A DNA stretch of 64,000 bases from positions 5,373 to 69,372 of the forward strand of contig JBEIHY010000006.1 of NCBI GenBank assembly GCA_040381035.1, read 5' to 3'. Below are positions 44,756 to 53,655 of the stretch, piece by piece. Origin of the DNA: Hyphomonadaceae bacterium. Its GTDB lineage: Bacteria; Pseudomonadota; Alphaproteobacteria; Caulobacterales; Aquidulcibacteraceae. A model generated the notes under the pieces. It was not told the origin of the DNA. It saw only the letters and a list, made by a program, of their open reading frames with translations, and did not search any database. A program made the translations under genes and the position numbers. Position 1 is the stretch's first letter. Each line of letters opens with the position of its first letter.

Positions 44756-45561
44756 GGTTTTGCTCATCGACCGCGACGGCCCTGTCGTTACCGCCACGCT
44801 CAATCGGCCCGATCGGCTTAATGCGCTGAATGGCGAACTCGCCGACGCGCTCACCGCGTTTTTTTAAGTCGCTCTATCGCGATCGGGACGCACGCGTGGT
44901 CGTGCTTCGGGGCGAAGGCCGCGCCTTCTGCGCCGGGCTTGATCTCAAGGGGTTTGGCGGCGAAGGCGGCGGCTTTCAGGCGGGCCTGAATGTGCAAAGC
45001 CGCATCCGCGACATTTACAAGGCCATGCGCCGCTGCCCGCAGCCGATTGCCTCCTTGATCCAGGGCGCGGTCTGTGGCGGCGGCTTTTCGCTGGCGCTGG
45101 CGTCTGACATTCGTATTGCAGCGCCCGATCTGAAAATGAACGCCGCCTATATCCGCGTCGGCCTCACTGGCTGCGATATGGGGTCGAGCTATTTTTTCCC
45201 ACGGCTGGTGGGGCTGGCGCTGGCCAGCGAATTGCTGCTGACGGGCCGCTTTATTGAGGTCGACGAGGCGCTGCGAATTGGTCTGATAAACCGGGTTGGG
45301 GGCCATGAAGGATTGCGCGCGGCGGCCGCGCCTTTGATCTAAGCGATGCTTGCCAACGCGCCGCTCGGCTTGCGGCTCACCAAGGAAGCGCTCACCTTCG
45401 CGGTCGATGCGCCAAGTCTCGACGCCGTGATGGCGATGGAGGATCGCCAGCAAGTGCTCACCGCGCAAACCTGGGATCATGGCGAGGCTGTATGCGCGGT
45501 TTTGGAAAAGCGCCCGGCGCGATTTGAAGATCGCTGGGGCCGGCTAGTGAAGCGCATCTAG
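44748..45561 (+). pseudogene. enoyl-CoA hydratase/isomerase (crotonase) gene, disrupted
   Basis: MAEVLLIDRDGPVVTATLNRPDRLNALNGELADALTAFF stops at TAA 44865-67, just after a T7 run (44859-44865). The reading continues in the +1 frame (FKSLYRDRDARVVVLRGEGRAFCAGLDL...). A second, in-frame TAA lies at 45340-45342, between ...AAAPLI and AMLANAPLGLRLTKEAL... Confidence 0.75.
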
Positions 45562-45615
45562 CGTTTGGTACCCGTTTGAGCCAAAGCGCGCGACCAAACG
45601 TTAGATGCATCAGCT

Positions 45616-45711
45616 ACACTAGAGCTTGGATTTTTCTAGTGTTCCTTATGCTTCTGACATTTGCTCGGCGTCTGTGGCAAGCGGCAGCAAATGTCAGAAC
45701 CGGAACACTAG
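45616..45711. other. AT-rich compound hairpin element between convergent genes
   Basis: Perfect stems checked by hand: 45616-45623 acactaga / 45635-45642 tctagtgt; 45636-45645 ctagtgttcc / 45702-45711 ggaacactag; inner 45652-45665 ttctgacatttgct / 45686-45699 agcaaatgtcagaa. An extra stem lies at 45562-45569 / 45593-45600, and a T6 run at 45722-45727. Confidence 0.6.
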
Positions 45712-45768
45712 GCGGTCAGCGTTTTTTGGGGCGTTTGTTGCGCGACCAGTCACGCGCAGCGGGGCGGC

Positions 45769-46227
45769 CTAATCCTTGAACTTGCTCAACGGCGCCGGCA
45801 TCGCCGTGCCGGTCGCGGTGGCAAGCAGGCGGCGTTCGCTGTCATACAATTCGCCGGCCGTGAACGCGATCGTGCGGCCGAGTTTCACAACCCGACCAAC
45901 CGCCCGCAAGGCCGGGCCAGGAAAGGCCGGGCGCAGAAACTGCGTCTTCATTTCCAGCGTTGGCATGACATGGCCGAGGCCGAGGGAAATCACCCCCGCC
46001 ACGCTCATTGCTTCATCCAGCATGGCGCAGAGAAATCCGCCCTGGATTTGGCCCATCGGATTGCAGAAGATGTCGCGCGCAGCGAACGCGATCTCCACGC
46101 GCATCGCTGCTTGATCGATGGCGATGATCTCAAATCCTAAGGTCTCAGAGCCCTTGGGCCGATTTGTCGACTGCTGAAAACGCGCGAGCAGTTCGGCGTC
46201 CGTTGGCTTGGCGTCCGACGCGGCCAA
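45769..46227 (-). CDS. PaaI-type hotdog-fold thioesterase
   Basis: 152 aa with a TTG start directly after the sspB stop. It has LGFEIIAIDQAAMRVEIAF...NPMGQIQGGFLCAMLDEAM and GRTIAFTAGELY, typical of the PaaI/YdiI family. Confidence 0.85.
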   Translation of the reverse strand: MAASDAKPTDAELLARFQQSTNRPKGSETLGFEIIAIDQAAMRVEIAFAARDIFCNPMGQIQGGFLCAMLDEAMSVAGVISLGLGHVMPTLEMKTQFLRPAFPGPALRAVGRVVKLGRTIAFTAGELYDSERRLLATATGTAMPAPLSKFKD

Positions 46228-46734
46228 TTACTTCTTCCGGAACGCATCAAGATTGACGACGGTGGCCGGCGCCGGTGTGGCGTCGTCAAGGTCGTCATCT
46301 TCGTGGGCGTCGCCGTCCACGGCGGGCAGTCGCGGGGTATCAGCGCTTTCGCCGTCAAACTGCAGGCCAAAGCGAACGGAAGGGTCATAGAAGCGGGTAA
46401 TGGCCAGATACGGCACGGTCACCGGGTGCGGTTCGCCGCCGAACTTCAAAATCACACGAAAACGATCCGGATAGACTTCCAAGTCCCAGAATTGGTGTTC
46501 GAGCACGATCGTCATTTCATCGGGGAAACGGCTGACCAGATGCTCGGGCGCCAACACGCCTGGGGCACGGGTGCTGAAGGTAACATAGAAATGATGGCGA
46601 CCAGGCAGACCGCGCGGGCTTGCGGCGTGCGTCAACGCCGCGCGCACGACTGACCGCATCGCTTCCTGGGTGAGAATTCCATACCCGATCAAATCTTCGG
46701 CCACGACGCCCCTCCAAATCGTTTCCCGCCGCAT
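46228..46734 (-). CDS. sspB: alpha-type SspB (ClpXP adaptor, stringent starvation protein B family)
   Basis: LIGYGILTQEAMRSVVRAALTHAA..GLPGRHHFYVTFSTRAPGV...DEMTIVLEHQFWDLEV, with an acidic tail and a basic C-terminal ClpX-binding-like end (VVNLDAFRKK). The start is assumed at MRRETIW (46734); the ORF extends to 46827. Confidence 0.75.
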   Translation of the reverse strand: MRRETIWRGVVAEDLIGYGILTQEAMRSVVRAALTHAASPRGLPGRHHFYVTFSTRAPGVLAPEHLVSRFPDEMTIVLEHQFWDLEVYPDRFRVILKFGGEPHPVTVPYLAITRFYDPSVRFGLQFDGESADTPRLPAVDGDAHEDDDLDDATPAPATVVNLDAFRKK

Positions 46735-47032
46735 TCGCGGATTATTCACCTGCCCGCGCTTCACCCGCCCCATGGTCAAAGCGCAGACGATTGATGCAGT
46801 CTCTGACGCTAGAATGCAGCGTGTCATCTCGGCACAGCCATACCTGTCTCACCGGAGCAGTCAATCAAGCCGCCGTGGAGCGCGAATTGTTTTCCGGCTA
46901 CGGTATGAATGACGCGAGCGCCTGATTGGGGCGCAGCCCTGGGAACTTCGCCGTTTGCTTGAGCTTTATGCCTGTGCTCCGCGAAAGGAGCGCGTTTGCA
47001 GAGTTTGCAATCCGGTTTTGGAACTGGGGCGC

Positions 47033-47860
47033 TCACGCGCTTGTGAACGCAATCGTCAATCGCTGAAATCCGGCAACGTCGATGTCTTCGGCGCGGGCCG
47101 TTGGCGCAAGTCCAGCTTGAGCGCACAGGGCGGCGGCGTCGCCAAGGCTGGCAAGACTGGAGCGCAGCATTTTCCGCCGCTGGCCGAAAGCCGCAGCGGT
47201 GACCTTTTCCAAAGCCGCCAGATCGGCGAAGGGCGTGGCCAGCGGAACCAAGCGCACCACGGCGCTGGCCACTTTGGGCGGCGGTGAAAACGCGCCCGGC
47301 GCCAGCGTGAGCGCCAGCTGCGCGGCGCACGCCGATTGGGCCAATACGGCAAGGCGCCCATAGGCATCCTGGCCCGGTTGGGCGGCGATCCGCTGGGCAA
47401 CTTCCTTTTGAAACATCAGCGCCATCGGCCCGCGCCAAACGCCCGTCGCTTTCAACCATTTCACCAGCAATGGCGTGGCGACATTGTAGGGCAGGTTGGC
47501 CACGATGACCGCCGGCAAGGGCATATCCGCCAACAGCGCCGCTTCATCGATGTCCAGCGCGTCACCCAGTACGACGCGAAATTGGCCGTCGCTCTCGGCC
47601 GCCAGATCGGTGAGGAACTCAGCGAAGCGGGGATCTTTCTCCACCGCAACGACCCGCGCGCCGGCCGCCAGTAGCGCCATGCTCAAACCGCCGGGACCAG
47701 GGCCAATTTCCAGCACGGTGCGCCCGCTGAGCGGCGCTGCAATCGCGGCAATCCGATCCAGCAAGACAGGGTCGAGCAGGAAATGCTGGCCGAAGCCTTT
47801 TTTGGCGAACAAGCCTGCCGCGGTGAGGCGCGCCCGCAGATCGGCGGCGCTGCGGTTCAT
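47033..47860 (-). CDS. rsmA: 16S rRNA (adenine1518-N6/adenine1519-N6)-dimethyltransferase
   Basis: 275 aa with KKGFGQHFL, the SAM-binding VLEIGPGPGGLS and ANLPYNVATPLL. It lies in the lptD-surA-pdxA-rsmA synteny. Confidence 0.93.
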   Translation of the reverse strand: MNRSAADLRARLTAAGLFAKKGFGQHFLLDPVLLDRIAAIAAPLSGRTVLEIGPGPGGLSMALLAAGARVVAVEKDPRFAEFLTDLAAESDGQFRVVLGDALDIDEAALLADMPLPAVIVANLPYNVATPLLVKWLKATGVWRGPMALMFQKEVAQRIAAQPGQDAYGRLAVLAQSACAAQLALTLAPGAFSPPPKVASAVVRLVPLATPFADLAALEKVTAAAFGQRRKMLRSSLASLGDAAALCAQAGLAPTARAEDIDVAGFQRLTIAFTSA

Positions 47861-48858
47861 CGGCGCCGCTGTTCGGCGAGCGTATGAGCCGTGCGCAAAG
47901 CGGAAAGGAAGCTGTCGGCGCGCGCGACGCCAGTTCCGGCAATGTCATACGCAACGCCATGATCGGGCGAAGTGCGCACGATCGGCAAGCCGAGGGTGAT
48001 GTTCACCCCGCTCCAGAAGTCGAGCATCTTGAGGGGGATCAACCCTTGGTCATGATACATGCACAAGACGGCGTCGTACCTTTCGCGCGCGGCGGGATGG
48101 AACAGCGTGTCGGCGGGAGCCGGGCCTGAGACGTTGAGGCCATGGGCGCGCAAAGCGGCAACTGCGGGCGCTATGATCTCAAGCTCTTCGCGCCCGTTTG
48201 CGCCGCTTTCGCCAGCATGCGGGTTTAGCCCGGCGACGGCGATCCGCGGCGAAGCGATGGCAAAATCGCTCTGCAACGCTGCGTCGAGCAGCGTGGCGAT
48301 GTCGATCAGCTTGGCGGTGGTTAACGCGCCGGCGGCGGCCGCGAGCGGGATATGCACGCTGGCCAGTGCGACCCGCAGGCCCGGCACAGCCAGCATCATC
48401 AGCGGGGCGGCCTTTGGCAATCCTGCGTCGGCGCACAAAACGCCGAGAAATTCGGTATGGCCGGGATGGGCAAAGCCGGCTTCATAAAGCGGCGCTTTGG
48501 CGATCGGCAGCGTGACCAGCGCGGCCGCCGCTTGGGCGCGACAAAGCGCGACGCCTTCAGCGATGGAATCCAGAATGGATTGGGCGTTGGCCGGGTCGGG
48601 TCGGGCCGGGATCTCCTCCCTTGCCAGCGGTCGATGCAGAACTGGGAGTGCTTCGCAAAACGCTGTTTCGGCCTCGCTTGGCGCTGCAATCGCCTGCACC
48701 GGTGCGACAATGCCCGCACGCGCGCCAGCGCGGGCCACAGCGCACGCGTCGCCGATAACAAAAAACGCAGGCTGCGCCCCGCCGGCCCAGGCCTTCGCAG
48801 CGATCTCAAGCCCGATCCCCGCAGGATCGCCCATTGAAATCGCGATGGGCAAGGACAT
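47857..48858 (-). CDS. pdxA: 4-hydroxythreonine-4-phosphate dehydrogenase
   Basis: 333 aa with ISMGDPAGIGLEI, GHTEFLG, LNPHAGE, MYHDQGLIPLK, VRTSPDHGVAYDIAG. Confidence 0.93.
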   Translation of the reverse strand: MSLPIAISMGDPAGIGLEIAAKAWAGGAQPAFFVIGDACAVARAGARAGIVAPVQAIAAPSEAETAFCEALPVLHRPLAREEIPARPDPANAQSILDSIAEGVALCRAQAAAALVTLPIAKAPLYEAGFAHPGHTEFLGVLCADAGLPKAAPLMMLAVPGLRVALASVHIPLAAAAGALTTAKLIDIATLLDAALQSDFAIASPRIAVAGLNPHAGESGANGREELEIIAPAVAALRAHGLNVSGPAPADTLFHPAARERYDAVLCMYHDQGLIPLKMLDFWSGVNITLGLPIVRTSPDHGVAYDIAGTGVARADSFLSALRTAHTLAEQRRR

Positions 48859-50129
48859 CAGCTGCGTCGCGCGGCGCGGATATTGGCTTCGCGCCGAAGA
48901 TTGCGCAGATAGCCTTGGGCCGCCTGCGCCAAGCCTTGATCATACAGACGGTTCTCGACCTCGTCGCGGGTCGGGCCGCCGCCTTCGCGCCCACACACAA
49001 CGAGCCCGGCGACGCCGTCAGCGGTGGTGAAGACGCCGGTATTTCGGCCCGCTTCAATGCGCGCAACGCGATTGCGCAATTCGTCGCTGAGATCGCCGCC
49101 AGCGCTCACGCCCAGATCCGTCACCTTGGCGCCGGCGACCGGCTTGATCGCGGCTTCGAGTTGGGCGCACGCCGGATCGCCGGTCAAAACGCGATCCAAG
49201 GCGGCCCGGCTTGCTGCGGGGGCGGCCACCTCCATCAAGGCGATGCGCAGGCTGGCAATTGGGTCGACGCCGTCGCGCTTTTCACGCAACGCCACAATCA
49301 TCACCCCGCGGGCGGTTCGCACTGGCGCAGAAACCTGGCCTGGTTGCAGGGCCTTGATGGCTGTCACAAGGTCTGACGGCAATTCGTTTTCGGCCAGCCA
49401 GCCAAGATCGCCGCCGACCGCTGCAGTGGAGCTGCGCGAGAACTGGCGCGCAACCTGGGGGAAGCGGGCCCCTTGGCGCATCCGATCAATCAGAGATTGA
49501 CCGAGCGCTTCGGCCTCTTTGGCTTGGCTGTCGTCATCGGCCGGCAACAGGATTTCGGACAGCAAATATTGCGGACGCGTGGCGTTGGCCATGATCCGCT
49601 GCATGGTTTCGTTGATTTCACCGTCTGAAATCCGCACCCGGCCGCCATAGCGACGACCGACGAGCCGTTGCCACGTGGCTTCGGCCCGCATCTGCTGGCG
49701 CAGTGCGTTGGGCGACACGCCCGTGCCGCGCAACGCGGCTTCAAACTGTTGCGGCGTCTGCTGATTGGCGCGGGCCAAACGGGCGAACTGGTCTGTGACC
49801 TCTTTGTCCGGCACATCAACGCCGACGCGGCGCGCTTCCTGCAGCTGCAACGCTTCGTCGATCAATTGCCGCAAAGCGGCATTGGCCACTTCGCGAAACG
49901 ACTCTTCCGTCGGCTCGATGCCAGCATTGATGAGGATCAGGAGGCCGCGCTGGCGCACATCGAATGTGGTGACCGGTTGATCATTAACGATCACCGCCAC
50001 GCCTTCGGCTTGCGATTGGGCTTGCGCCGGCGGCGCAGTCAAGGGCGCGGCCAGCGCCGCGGCTAGGGCCGCAAACCCAAGGGCCGCAGTCCGGATAAAG
50101 GTGGCGATCATTGTTGTGCAGCTCCGCAA
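48858..50129 (-). CDS. surA: SurA-like periplasmic chaperone / peptidyl-prolyl isomerase
   Basis: Signal peptide, a SurA N-terminal domain (VIVNDQPVTTFDVRQR), and one parvulin-like region (GGDLGWLAENELPSDLVTAIKALQPGQVSAPVRTARG). It sits between lptD and pdxA. Confidence 0.85.
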   Translation of the reverse strand: MRSCTTMIATFIRTAALGFAALAAALAAPLTAPPAQAQSQAEGVAVIVNDQPVTTFDVRQRGLLILINAGIEPTEESFREVANAALRQLIDEALQLQEARRVGVDVPDKEVTDQFARLARANQQTPQQFEAALRGTGVSPNALRQQMRAEATWQRLVGRRYGGRVRISDGEINETMQRIMANATRPQYLLSEILLPADDDSQAKEAEALGQSLIDRMRQGARFPQVARQFSRSSTAAVGGDLGWLAENELPSDLVTAIKALQPGQVSAPVRTARGVMIVALREKRDGVDPIASLRIALMEVAAPAASRAALDRVLTGDPACAQLEAAIKPVAGAKVTDLGVSAGGDLSDELRNRVARIEAGRNTGVFTTADGVAGLVVCGREGGGPTRDEVENRLYDQGLAQAAQGYLRNLRREANIRAARRS

Positions 50130-50163
50130 AGTTCGTGCCGGGTGGGCCTGTCGCTTGCCTCGC

Positions 50164-52446
50164 TCATCGCGAAGGGGCGCCGAGCGACATCAGACCCACG
50201 CGGATGCTGAATCCCTCATCCGGGCCAAGGTTGCGATCAAAGGTTTCTGTCCGGCGATAGGCCAATTCCAGGAATGTGCAATCGTCGCGATAAGTAGCAC
50301 GCAAATCTTGGGACAAATTTATGTCCCGCTGCAGATCGCGGCGGTTGCCATAGTCCAAACTCCAGTGTTTCGTCACCCTCGCGGCGAGATTGGCCTGCAG
50401 TTCGCGTGCCGGATTGGCGGCGCCGACAAAGGTCGGATCAATATCGAAATACCGCACGCTCGCTGAAAGGCGCCCGATACTGCCGCGGACATTGGCGTCC
50501 AGGCGATTGACGTTCAGATTTCTGTCATCAAGCTGCAGGCCTACGCCGCCGCCGAACCGACGAAAATCGGCGCTGAGGGCGGCAACCAGATCGGAGGCGC
50601 CTTCCGGTAGATTTGCGCCTGGGCGGAAGCGATCGCTGGCCTCGCCGCGCCAACGCTGACCGACCAGGAGGCTGGCGCTGCCGGCGTCGGTGTTGACGGT
50701 CGTGCGGACACCATAAGCGGCCCGCGGGCCGGGCTCCCACAGATCATAACCGGGCACGCCATTGGGGTTGAACAGGGCGGTCTCGTCCATCTCGAAGGCC
50801 AGCGAGTCTTCGTTGACAATGCGCGCGTCATTGCCGCGGCTGGAGCCCAGCGCAGCCATGGCGATTGGCTCCACCACCCAGGATGTGTTGGCGCCAGGCT
50901 TGATGAATGGCCAGCGCACCTGCACGCCGGCAACGCCTACGGAGCGGGTTAAGGTGTCGTCGCCGGACGCGACCGGGCCGTTGCGGATGGAATAGACGTC
51001 CGTACGCGCTTCGGCGAAGGGCGCCATGACCAAGCCCGGGCCAAAAACCCGATCGCGTGACCACTTGAACCCGCCCGACACGCGGCTGGACTGTGGTTCG
51101 CTCGAAGATCGGCTGAGATTGACGGCGGACGCCTGCAGCCGCAACTGGCCGTCAAACACGGGGTCGCGCACCACCCGTTCAGCTTCGATCAGGGGCGCAA
51201 TCTGGGGCAAGAACAGGCTGGTGTCGCCAGCGCGCAGGCCTTGAATCGACAGCGCAGAAACGCTGACATAGCTGGCCTCATCCTGGCCAGAGAGGTTCAC
51301 TTGGCTGACCAGGCGGGCATAGTCGCCCAGGAACTTGCCGCGCCGATCGCCGGCGCCGGCAATCTGATAGCGGCGCAGATAGAGATCGTCGGAGGTGCGC
51401 TCCAGCCCGAAGCCCCACTTCCAGTAACTGTTAATGTCAAACAGTCCGGTTGCAAAGACATGCCCGCGGAGGGATTGCTCGCCGAACTTGTCGCCATTGT
51501 CGCCGAAATCTTGCTCATCCGTGAAGCTGCCGGCGATCGACACTTGTCCTGACCAGAAGCGCTTGCGGTAGTCAAATTTGAGCAGCGGATTGACGAACTG
51601 ATGTAACTGAGCGGAAACCGTCACCTCTTGTGACGGTGATATCGCCCAATAATAGGGTTGATCCCAAAACAAGCCGAGGCGGCCGGTGCGGCCGATATCG
51701 GGGGCCAGAAACCCCGAGCGGCGTCCCGCGCCAGGATCGGGATGGGCAAAGTATGGCAGGTACAGAACCGGCACGCCGCGCACAGCCAACCGCGCGTCGC
51801 GGTAGCTGATCATCTTGGTGTCTGGGTTCTGAGTGGCCCGGCGCGCGCGCAGCGACCATGTTGGACCGTTTTTGCCGTCTTTGCACACCGGGCAGGCGGT
51901 ATAGGCCATCCGCTCCAATTGGCTCGAGCCGTCGGCCCGTCGCACGGCCGTGTTGGCCGCGATTGTCCCATTGGGCAAAAACTTGGCCCCGAACCCAACG
52001 GCAACGCCAGCGCCGAGATCTTCGGTGACTTCCAGCTCATCGGCCGAACGCACCGACCCATCGGCATCGATCAATTGGACGCCGCCGTGCGCGCGCACAG
52101 TGCGTTGGCCGCGATCATAGACGACACGTTCGGCCCGCAGCAGGCGCCCGCCATAGCGCGCCTCAACCCGGCCTTCGGCGATAATCAGATCGCTGGCCTC
52201 ATCCTGGTAAAGACTATCGGCTTCGAGCACCACGACCGGATCATCGGCTTGCGCCGCGTTGGGCGCAGGCTGGGCCATAGCGGCGCCGCTGGCGCCCAGC
52301 AGGGCGGCGGCCAGGGCGGCGCCGAACGGCCGCAACGATCGCGGCCGCGGCGGCGGCGGCGCAAGCGAGGCGCTGTCCAGCAAAGTTCGCCGTCCCGGCG
52401 TCATCCCCGTCCTCATTGTCCCCGCTTTCACGGTCCCCGTTGGCAC
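50164..52446 (-). CDS. lptD: LPS-assembly outer membrane protein LptD
   Basis: 760 aa with a signal peptide, an N-terminal OstA/LptA-like jellyroll (VVLEADSLYQDEASDLIIAEGRVEARYGGRLLRAERVVYD), and a large C-terminal beta-barrel region. It is upstream of surA. Confidence 0.9.
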   Translation of the reverse strand: MPTGTVKAGTMRTGMTPGRRTLLDSASLAPPPPRPRSLRPFGAALAAALLGASGAAMAQPAPNAAQADDPVVVLEADSLYQDEASDLIIAEGRVEARYGGRLLRAERVVYDRGQRTVRAHGGVQLIDADGSVRSADELEVTEDLGAGVAVGFGAKFLPNGTIAANTAVRRADGSSQLERMAYTACPVCKDGKNGPTWSLRARRATQNPDTKMISYRDARLAVRGVPVLYLPYFAHPDPGAGRRSGFLAPDIGRTGRLGLFWDQPYYWAISPSQEVTVSAQLHQFVNPLLKFDYRKRFWSGQVSIAGSFTDEQDFGDNGDKFGEQSLRGHVFATGLFDINSYWKWGFGLERTSDDLYLRRYQIAGAGDRRGKFLGDYARLVSQVNLSGQDEASYVSVSALSIQGLRAGDTSLFLPQIAPLIEAERVVRDPVFDGQLRLQASAVNLSRSSSEPQSSRVSGGFKWSRDRVFGPGLVMAPFAEARTDVYSIRNGPVASGDDTLTRSVGVAGVQVRWPFIKPGANTSWVVEPIAMAALGSSRGNDARIVNEDSLAFEMDETALFNPNGVPGYDLWEPGPRAAYGVRTTVNTDAGSASLLVGQRWRGEASDRFRPGANLPEGASDLVAALSADFRRFGGGVGLQLDDRNLNVNRLDANVRGSIGRLSASVRYFDIDPTFVGAANPARELQANLAARVTKHWSLDYGNRRDLQRDINLSQDLRATYRDDCTFLELAYRRTETFDRNLGPDEGFSIRVGLMSLGAPSR

Positions 52447-52545
52447 TATGCGGCGCCCCGACTGAATCGGTCCCGCGTCTCCGCATCGCCGACTCCCCCT
52501 TGCCCATCCTTCCTAACCGGCCTCACACTCCCCCCGCAAGCGTCG

Positions 52546-53652
52546 TCAACCGTCCTCAAAGTGGCTGAGCATCGCCATGGCTGCGAAGAATCCGGCAACC
52601 GGGGGCGCCCAGGCGGCAAGCGCGGCCGGCACAATCTCGGCCATGGCAAAGGCGGCGGCGAACTGACCGGCGAAAAACAGAACCGCGCCAGCGACCAAAC
52701 CGATCAATGTGGCGGCGGCTGTGCCGCCGAGCCGCGGCAGCCGCAGGGAGAATACTGCGCCAAGGCCGGCCATCGCGGCAAACATCAATGGCGTGGCCAA
52801 CAGCGTTTGCCAGCGGAGCTGGTAACGCGTCGGCGTCAGGCCGGCGCTCTCAGCCTGGGCGATCACCGCCGGCAGGCGCCAGAAGGACAAAGCCTGCGGC
52901 GACATGAAGCGGTCGATCAGGGCGGCGGCGTCGATATTGGTGGGGATCGCCAGATGGTCCATGCGCACCGGCGGCTGGCCAGGGCGGGCTTCGACCACGC
53001 CGCTCAATTGCCAAAACCCGTCGCGCAGGGCGGCTTCTTGCGCACTGAGCCGGTGGCTGAAGACAGGTGCGCCGTCGGATTGGACATCAAAGAAAAAGAA
53101 CAAGGCCTGCTTCAGGTTGGAGGTGGCGGCGTCGACCGTGGCGGCGTTGATGACGATTTGGCCGGCGGTGTCGCCTTGGCGCAACCAGACATCGCCGACT
53201 TGCGGTTTGCGGCCGTCGGTGGCGTCGAGATAAGCGGCCTTTTGAATTTCAAACTGCTCATAAAGGCGCGCCCCCACGGGATTGAGCAGCAGCGAACTGG
53301 CTAAACCCAGCAAGACTGCGAAGGCCACCGGCGGCCCCAGGAACCGCCACGCAGACACGCCCGAGGCGCGAATGGCGACCAGCTCGCTCTTGCGGGCAAG
53401 CTGTGTCAAGGCCAGCATCGCGCCCGCCAAAATGATAAAGGGCAGGGTCTGCTCGAGCATTTTAGGCGTCTTCAGCGCCGTCAAGGCCACCGCATCAAGC
53501 AGCGTGATGTCGGTGCGGTCGCTCAAAACGCGTAATTGTTCAACCACATCGACAAGCAAGATGGTGGCGGCCACCGCCGCCAGAATAATCGCAACGCCGA
53601 TGGCGGTGCGCCAGAACAGATAACGGCCGAGCCGAGAAAACAGAAAGCTCAT
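52546..53652 (-). CDS. lptG: LPS export ABC transporter permease LptG
   Basis: 368 aa with the YjgP/YjgQ permease architecture (6 TM segments with a periplasmic insert). It follows lptF and is divergent from pepA-holC. Confidence 0.88.
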   Translation of the reverse strand: MSFLFSRLGRYLFWRTAIGVAIILAAVAATILLVDVVEQLRVLSDRTDITLLDAVALTALKTPKMLEQTLPFIILAGAMLALTQLARKSELVAIRASGVSAWRFLGPPVAFAVLLGLASSLLLNPVGARLYEQFEIQKAAYLDATDGRKPQVGDVWLRQGDTAGQIVINAATVDAATSNLKQALFFFFDVQSDGAPVFSHRLSAQEAALRDGFWQLSGVVEARPGQPPVRMDHLAIPTNIDAAALIDRFMSPQALSFWRLPAVIAQAESAGLTPTRYQLRWQTLLATPLMFAAMAGLGAVFSLRLPRLGGTAAATLIGLVAGAVLFFAGQFAAAFAMAEIVPAALAAWAPPVAGFFAAMAMLSHFEDG

Positions 53653-53655
53653 CGG

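Noticed and set aside
43484-44854. 456-aa minus-strand ORF
   Set aside because: It runs antisense across three plus-strand genes (ACAD 3' end, hexapeptide protein, MaoC) that each carry family motifs.
45576-45779. 67-aa TTG-started ORF with one hydrophobic stretch (possible small toxin-like peptide) in the hairpin spacer
   Set aside because: It has no Shine-Dalgarno sequence and a weak start. Its reading frame runs straight through three strong hairpins and into the thioesterase 3' end. It is kept only as a remote alternative in the hairpin finding.
46824-47459. 211-aa minus-strand ORF overlapping the rsmA 3' half
   Set aside because: It lies in a different frame of the same strand as rsmA, which has clear methyltransferase motifs. 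The translation is Arg/Ala/Gly-rich.
52490-52545. lptG-lptD spacer words (cctcac...ctccccccgcaagcg) resembling one arm of the ileS palindrome
   Set aside because: The similarity is limited to short GC-rich words, there is no partner arm, and I could not align it convincingly by eye.
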